DNA of 64,000 nt from positions 8,628,684 through 8,692,683 of the forward strand of contig CATNEN010000029.1 in NCBI GenBank assembly GCA_950097015.1, given 5' to 3'. The notes beneath the pieces were generated by a model. That model saw only the letters and a program-made list of their open reading frames with translations. It did not search any database and was not told the DNA's origin. Source of the stretch: Macrostomum hystrix. Lineage: Eukaryota; Animalia; Platyhelminthes. Shown here one piece after another: positions 37,813-64,000 of the stretch. The position numbers were made by a program, and so were the translations under genes. Numbering within the stretch: the first letter of the stretch is position 1; every line of letters starts with the position of its first letter.

Positions 37813-39564
37813 CGCTCTCTGATCATAGTTTTTTGTTTAACTGTGAGTCTCGCGCGCCAATTTAAATTGTTAGCAATTCCCATAGAGAAGAATTAAACCA
37901 GATCTATTTTTTACTGTCTCGCGTTAATTTAAAAGCTTTGTTCTCAGTAGTGCTCACTGTTCACTACTGCCTGAACATTATAAACTCTCAGTTGATTGTC
38001 TCATTTTCACGAATCAAAATTTTTGCTCCACTTATTTCAGTACATATCTTGCATGTGGCCGCAGTTACTTTCGTATTAGCCTACTCACGAGTGTCAGTAG
38101 ACAATGTAGCGCATGATTGCACTGTTTTATTTTTTTCAATTCTGCATTGGCTCAAGGAGAGAATAGGAGTTTTAAGACCCATGATTAAAATTAAACTATG
38201 CGTAGATTCACTCCATTCGTCAAGTAGTATGAGTATAAGTAGTAAACTAGTTTTCCTGATGTTTTCATCTGAGGCTAATTTGAACTGCCAAATGAGAACA
38301 AAAAATTAACTTTTTATTGCCTGTTTTGTTATCTCAAATTGGGCAGACTTTCTGTCGCTTACTCTTTCGTATCTTCCTTTGCTATTGATTTACTCTGTGT
38401 TGTACTTTTTTGTGCTATTGCCCGCCTCCTTTTTGTTGCTAAACAAGTCTTTGTTATTGTCTTTTGTATGACTTCAGAATGAGTGGCTTATTTTGATGGT
38501 CACGCACAAAGCCAAAATTTGGGAAACTATATAAGAATTGTCACATTTTAATTCAGTTAGCCAATATAAAATTATAGTTTTTGGTCATTATTTAATAAGT
38601 TAGTACTCGTATAATTATATTTATTTATTATATTGTAATAGCCTGTAGTAACGCCAGTGATGAAATCAATGCCATCCAATAGCAACCAAGTCATAGCCAT
38701 GTAATTGCGGTATGATATTTATGAAATATTGTTTACTGTTACCAGATATAAAATATAACTGTTTTCTTGTCCATATATTATGTTTGAACAACTAACAAAA
38801 ACAATTCAAAATAAGACAAAAATATACATATAATTTCTTGCTTTGTTTAGAACCTCATTTTTTTCATAGTCCCATAGTGGATCCTAACGAGTCCGTCAAT
38901 GTGTCGAGTTTTTGAAAATTGTCTCAATAAAAGTTCCTTTTGTTGTTTTATGATCAGCTTTTCTCAATTCTTCCTTTTCAATAATAAAAAACAAAATAAT
39001 CATCGATGCACAATGAATACGGTTTCGTTTTTAGGGCCGAAGACTGGCTTAGCTTAGATTTATGAGTTTATTCGTGCATTGATTTATAAGTTTTAAAGTA
39101 TTGTGGTAAATACTTGTCAAGAGTAGGACGTCAATGCATAAGAGACTTGTGTGTGCAGTAATAACAGAACTAAGCACTCAGTTTCTACAGAAAAAGCAGA
39201 CTACGACTAAACAAGTCAGACTTGATGAGATTATTATTTTGCACACATTCATTCTATTTATCAGTAGAATGAATAGATGATTCTGTCGAGTGGATCATTG
39301 GAGACAGCCGTAACAACAACAAGAACAACAACGTCTTGATTGGAAAATGTGATAAAACGTGACTGACAGCTAAACAGTAAAATATGAATTAACTGTTTAA
39401 TAAATAGAAAATATAAATACACGGTGCATGCAACGACAATATTAGAGGTCACTGGATACAACAGATTAACAGATATAAGCATGGTTAATAATATCATAAT
39501 ATGGTAATTAGTTCATTAATCAGCAATCATTGATCAGGAGATATTTCCAGGCAGATCACATAGA

Positions 39565-58457
<18,893 letters not shown>

Positions 58458-58714
58458 ATTAAAAAGCCGATCGCGTTCTACTACTGTAAGTAGGTAAAGA
58501 AAAGTGCCTTAAAGTTGAAATTTTTCAACACATATCGGCATTACAAATGTTATTAGATTCCACGTAATTTATCATTAAAAGTATAAAAATGATATTGCTA
58601 CGTTAAACATTCATCATAATCAATGTTATTATTAATTTTCTAAAACACACTTAAGAGTTCACCTTAGCAAAAACTATAGCGCCCTATGCCATGCAAGAGA
58701 CTTTAACAGCAACT

Positions 58715-58786
58715 TGCCGTGACCAGGATTCGAACCTGGGTTGTCTCGGCCACAACGAGAAGTACTAACCACTATACGATCACGGC
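58715..58786 (-). tRNA. tRNA-His (GTG)
   Basis: GCCGTGATCGTATAGTGGTTAGTACTTCTCGTTGTGGCCGAGACAACCCAGGTTCGAATCCTGGTCACGGCA; acceptor, anticodon and T stems pair fully; T5 terminator ~41 nt downstream. Confidence 0.96.
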
Positions 58787-59900
58787 TAACCGACGCTCAT
58801 TAAAAGAGAAGAAAACTGGGAATTTAATAGAACCAAAGCAAACGATATCTGACTTGCGATTTTTTTAGTACGACAACATTAGCTTTTTAAGGTATGCTAA
58901 TCATAATTCTGTGTGTCTACCATGGACTACTAGACAACGCATCGGTGCCAACCTACCAACTTGCAACAAATAATAACTAAGTAATGGGATCTTAAATTAA
59001 ATAAATGTTTATAAGTTTACCAGTGGATTGGATTGATGAGTTTAAGGCTAAGTAATTATTTAACTGTTGCAATATGCCCTGAGATGATATATAATGGTTT
59101 AAAGGCTAAAACATTGAACAATCCTCAAACAATTTTAAGTCTGATATTTGAGCTTGCCTAAAAAGAAGTGATGGCATGAATTTAGGAGAAATTTTATTTA
59201 ATGCAGTCTACACAGGCTGAGCGGAAAAAGGCCAAAAAGTGGAGCAAAAAATAAAAAAAACAATTTGGAATAGTTTCTAAGCAACAGAAAATTGACAAGG
59301 CACATTGCAAGACTTGCAAAATTATCGTTGAAGAAAAAAGGCCTCTGGTAGAGACATGTTTTCTTCAAATAATTTAACTAAGTAGTAAAAAAAACCAAAC
59401 TCTGACAAACATTATGAACTCTTCATTAACATTAGGAACCCTGAGCCAAGCAAACAAATACTTAAGAAAATGTATGATGATCAAGACAACAAAATAAAAG
59501 GATTCTTGAAAGCACTATAATTTAAATCTCAGGCAATTTTTTGGGTTCTGGTTTAAGAAAAAATACACTGAGCTGGCAATGTATTTAAGGGCCACTCAAA
59601 AAATGCTTTCTGTGGACATTAGGACATTAGGCCAAACTAATTACTTCTCCTAATGCTGCAAAAAAGTTTTTGCAAATTTAGCTAAAATTTGTGCTATAAA
59701 GACTATTTTTCAATTTGTAACTTGACAGTATCATAAGGCTACACATTTTTAAGCAAAATATTAGAGCACTTAAAAATGTACCTATAGTCAAAAACTAGAG
59801 ACAACTTAACTTAACAAGGTGAATATAAATTGGCAATCCTGCAGTTTTTTAACTTTACATTTTTATCTCTGGAGCTTGTTCCCCACGTAATTTTGACTTA

Positions 59901-60150
59901 GTAAATCACTCTATCAGGTTATCAACCTAGGCTAGTAAACCCAAGTGATGCCACCAATCCCACCATCGACACCAATACCATTAAGGGCACATGGGCCAAC
60001 TGCAAGGCGAGGTACTAGGCCATGCATGGCACAGCAGATGGTTTAGGCCTATTTGGATCCTACTTGCGGGAGTTCCTCTGGCACCAACAATTTCCAGAGA
60101 AACAGTTTAGAATGATTCTACATTGGATTCAGACTTATTATCATTGCTAA
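59901..60150 (+). pseudogene. Merlin (IS1016/ISXO2-like) transposase C-terminal relic
   Basis: VNHS...LVNP...DTNTIKGTWANCKARY*AMHGT...SYLREFLW resembles the Merlin motif VNHS..FVDP...HTN.IE..W....HG.....SYL.EF.W; it has a frameshift, a stop, and Lys in place of the catalytic Glu. Confidence 0.7.
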
Positions 60151-60896
60151 CTCTGCTCTGTGTATAGTGACACAAACAACTGACACTTGTTTAAATAAAC
60201 ATTTTTAACTTTCAAATTTGTTTTCGTTGTGGTAGGCCCCCTAAAGAATAAAAAGCTGTAAAATTCTGGATTACCAATAGTTTGTATTATTAGTATAGTA
60301 CTCATTATTTTATTTAGTTACAACTATTAAACATGCTTTTCTAAACACGTCCACAACACAAAAAATATTACTCCAATTTTTTTTTCGAAATGTAACTAGG
60401 GGCAGGGCCTAGTAGTGTCTATTGCATGCCCTATTGTATTGTCATGCCACAACCCCTTGAAAGTCCAAGACAAAAAAGTAGCAATGTTAACAAATATAAA
60501 GTTAAGCTTAAAACGTAAAGTAGTCCAGAAAGTACAGTTTTAAGTTATTTTTTATACGCATTTGTACCCATAATATATTGATAAATGAGAAATACATGTA
60601 GCCACATAAACATAGGCCTATAACACATGCATTAATACAGACGTTTATCTGATCCGACCGACTGATCGATCCGTCTATATGTATATATATATATATATAT
60701 AATATATAGTAATGAAATAATTAGTCTATTTTAAATTGTTATTAAATCAAAATATTTCTTGTGTACTGTTATTACAACTGAATTTATGCTAAATCATCTT
60801 CTCATATAACCGGTATTTTCGTACGGATGTTTTGTATTAATTATGTATTTAGTATTTGTTTAAACTACGCTTGACAAGTTAAATATACAGATGTTA

Positions 60897-62223
60897 GGCT
60901 TTTCACGCAAATCGATTCCAGAACCAGAATTATTCTGATTCCAGAACCAGAATCAGTAGGAAACTGAAAAGCTCAGAACTTTCTTTTATTTCGCTTTTTT
61001 TCTGAAATAATTAAAAAGCAAGTATATTAAAATAACAATCAGCAAAGAAAATACTACAATCAATCGCATAACTTCATGAATTATCTGTATTTGTTTTAAC
61101 ACAACTGTGTAAAAATTCAAATAATTCAAGGCTTGAGCATGTGCTGCACGTACCGTGTTTGCCTTTGCCCTACAGTGTTGATTAATTTACATCCATTTTT
61201 TCAAGAATGACTGATCAAAGATCTTTCTTATTCATTAAAGACAACATCGTCTTGACGATTGCAGCAGCTTCAGAAGCAGATGCATTAGAATTTCTTAATC
61301 AGTGCAAAATTGAGTCACGAAACGAACAGACGTTTATTCAACAACCACATTCTATCCTCGGCCAAATAACGAAGGCAACCCATCTGTCACCGATATCAAC
61401 ATCAGACAATGCGGTCAACGCTAAAAAGCAGGAAGATATAGCGGCACATGATCTACTTCAGCAACTGAATGAAGGCAGTGAGGAGAAGTGCAAGGACGAG
61501 AAACGTGAAAGAGAAAGGAAGGAAACCAAGTGCTTTCTAAGTTGTGCCAGCAAAAGAAAGAAGGATTTTAACAGCAAATTGACTAAAAAGAAAGTTCTTT
61601 GGAAGAGAATCCAAGATGACATGAATGCACAAGGGTATAGTCTCACATCTGAGCAGTGCGAAAACAAGTACTTTTTGTAATGCCCTCCAACATCTCCAAG
61701 CATGTTGGTACAGTGGAGACAGAGATAGCAATGCCATCCATACATTCTCTGTCGTGATCAAGAATCAGCTTGGCAGGTTCATCTACATAATTAAAAAACA
61801 GTTCATTTACTAGATAAGCCAAAGAAGCGTCCATTCATATTCTTGTTATTACAGTTAGGACCAGATACTAATGCTTCCAATTGAAAAACAATTCAGACAA
61901 ATCAAATTTAAGTTTGTCGGCCGTTCTTATTATTTTTAAACACACTCCTACCTGGAATATAAAGTACGGGGAAAAAGAAAATGATTTGTACTTGATAAAT
62001 GTTAGTGGACTGTAATCTACAATTGAGTTCAGATTGTTCTTCGGATTTGCGATTTTAAATTATTTCCCCCGTTTCCATGGGAAAATGACAACGAATCGAG
62101 AAAATTTTCTCGAACCAAATTCCAGAACCAGAACACGGTTCCGGAATCGATTCTGAAAACGGAACAGGCAAAATGAAAAGTTTCGAACCGATTCTGGTTC
62201 TGGAATCGGTAGAATGAAAAGCC
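60897..62223. mobile_element. Internally deleted PIF/Harbinger transposon
   Basis: TIRs GGCTTTTCA...CGATTCCAGAACCAGAAT at both ends, flanked by TTA and TAA; ORF 61207-61680 ends in a Myb/SANT (trihelix-like) domain; a short convergent ORF may be the transposase N-terminus. Confidence 0.8.
61207..61680 (+). pseudogene. Truncated Harbinger Myb/SANT-like DNA-binding protein
   Basis: ETKCFL...F...KKVLWKRIQDDMNAQGYSLTSEQCENKY fits the Myb_DNA-bind_4 pattern; the ORF stops right after helix 3. Confidence 0.72.
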
Positions 62224-63681
62224 TAAGTGACACCAGTTGCAACCGGTTTTCTGACACGCACGCGCTCATCGAGATTAGCCACTAAGTTTAGATAATTAGA
62301 TGCGAACGTTAGATTATAATTAATATAACCACCTTTAACTAATCTTGCTCTAGATTGTAAGCGCGTGCGTTAGCAAAGCGGCGTAATTGATATAACAGAG
62401 AAGTAGGCCCTATCACTAATTATATCACTAATTATATTACATTAAGCTGCAGCCTTTCAAAACGACTTACAATTTATTTTAAATGGCGACCACCGACCAA
62501 TAATTTCATTACATATACGATATATATATAATTCTCAGAACTTACACATCGAGCATTTTTAGTTGATTCATTAAGTCGTAATAATTTAGACCTAAAACAT
62601 ATATTTTAAAACTTATCTGCTAGATAATTTACCAAAAAGTCTGTGTTTTTTTCTCGTGTGATAGTTTTGTTTAGCACTGCATAAACAAAGTTAAACCCGC
62701 ATGAACTACTGACAAGTTAGATAAATGTCGGAAGTTGTCAGTATGTTAAGACTCAAAATGTTAGTATAATTACATTGGGTACAAATACTAAAACTATGTT
62801 GGTTCAAAGTCAGTTTTATGACCATCATTCCCTCTCAATTATTTACTAATAAATATACTTACAATTTAAGACACAATTCGTAGAAATTTAGTGTAACGAA
62901 TGGATGGATAAAATTAAAATTAAAAACAAATATAAAATATCAATAAAAATCCATTAGTCACCAATTTTTTACAAATATCGGTAACCTTTATAGCAAATAA
63001 ATGAATATCAATCATTTTTTTATAAAATGGCCATCACAAGGAATTCAGGTTTCAGAACTTCACTACATAGTTGAACGTTAGCAAACTATACAAGCAGAAA
63101 CCATCGCCCCTTAAAATCGGCAAATATCCCACACCAATTTAGTTGCAATTTCAATACATAGTTGAAACAGCTCTTATGTACTTGCAGCCATGTCATGCGC
63201 AAACGCTTCCGCCCCAATCGATTTCCGTTTCGTAAGCGCCGAAATTCAGTGTCAGGACGGAGCGCCTAAAAACACAAGTGAGGATACAGAAAGGGCATCT
63301 ACCAACTTTAGGCTAACACTGTATTAAATATACGAGAGGTAGATTGCTTTGATAATTCATGCGAGCGGACTCTGCGAGACTGCGAGAACCTGCTCTTAAT
63401 TAGGTTCTAGAACTTTAATTATAATTAAGCAAATTGTAATTAGCCATACGGCGCCATTGCCGATGTTGATTACTCTTTTATAACTCCATTTCCGAAGGAG
63501 TATTGAGAAGGGACGGATTGAGATACGTTGAGTAGAGAAGACAACTTTCTTGTAGCACAATAATAGCTGCAACCAAAATTGTCTATGGTCCTATCAGAAC
63601 TTTGAACATTGAGCTTTTTAATAGCATGCTGAGAAGTTGTCTTAGCCAGATTTTCTTTAGAATATCGAATATCTGGCAGCC

Positions 63682-64000
63682 ATGTTCGGAGGCGGCTGCA
63701 ACGCGGACTGGCAGCAGCAGCAGCAGGATGCCGTGAACTGGAAGGACTGCATACATCGATGGAAGCGCAGCAGAGAGAAATGGCGACTCGAGACCGTCAA
63801 GCTGCAGCGTCAACTATGTGAGATGACTCGCAGCGCGTATCACTGGCGGCAGCAGGTAATACAAGGCGATTCTGATGGTGGTCAAGTATTGGTAATTAAC
63901 AGCAGTAGAACTACCAAGCGAGGGGGGCAATTTTTTGTGCTGCACCTGAACGGAGCACTGCAAGCACACGAAACTAGGGCCAACTTTTTGTTTCGCATCT
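63682..64000 (+). CDS. Start of an unknown protein-coding gene or coding repeat; frame open to the window edge
   Basis: gccATG at 63682 preceded by an acceptor TTTTCTTTAG (63651-63660); reads MFGGGCNADWQQQQQDAVNWKDCIHRWKRSREKW...; possible donor CAG|GTAATA at 63855. Confidence 0.45.
   Translation, partial: MFGGGCNADWQQQQQDAVNWKDCIHRWKRSREKWRLETVKLQRQLCEMTRSAYHWRQQVIQGDSDGGQVLVINSSRTTKRGGQFFVLHLNGALQAHETRANFLFRI

Noticed and set aside
59270-59330. Possible BED zinc-finger relic (W..F...DKAHCKTCK)
   Set aside because: Too short and interrupted by stops; no TIR or further transposase sequence to support it

Overview
Eukaryotic (animal) genomic DNA. The minisatellite-filled introns and GC-rich, Ala/Gln-rich exons suggest the flatworm Macrostomum lignano; this is inference, not verified. 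Six host genes can be reconstructed by hand from splice sites: the 3' part of a core-binding factor beta gene (+), an alpha-1,3-fucosyltransferase (-), RP2/XRP2 (-), a SLC25A39/40 mitochondrial carrier (+), a 4xSH3 SH3D19-like adaptor (+) and a 10-exon CHD3/4/5 (Mi-2) remodeller (-). The window also holds a tRNA-His(GTG) and the probable start of an unknown gene at the right edge. The Mi-2 gene carries three single-base frameshifts, and its intron 4 contains an intact BEL/Pao LTR retrotransposon with apparently identical LTRs and a 5-bp TSD. Other mobile DNA: an internally deleted IS630/Tc1-like element with a hAT MITE nested in its TIR, a deleted MULE with a PHD finger, a deleted PIF/Harbinger, a Merlin relic and two tRNA-derived SINE families. 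About 20 unrelated minisatellite arrays are present, several built from splice-site-like units. Most long ORFs in the supplied track are artefacts of these arrays. There is no CRISPR array or rRNA.
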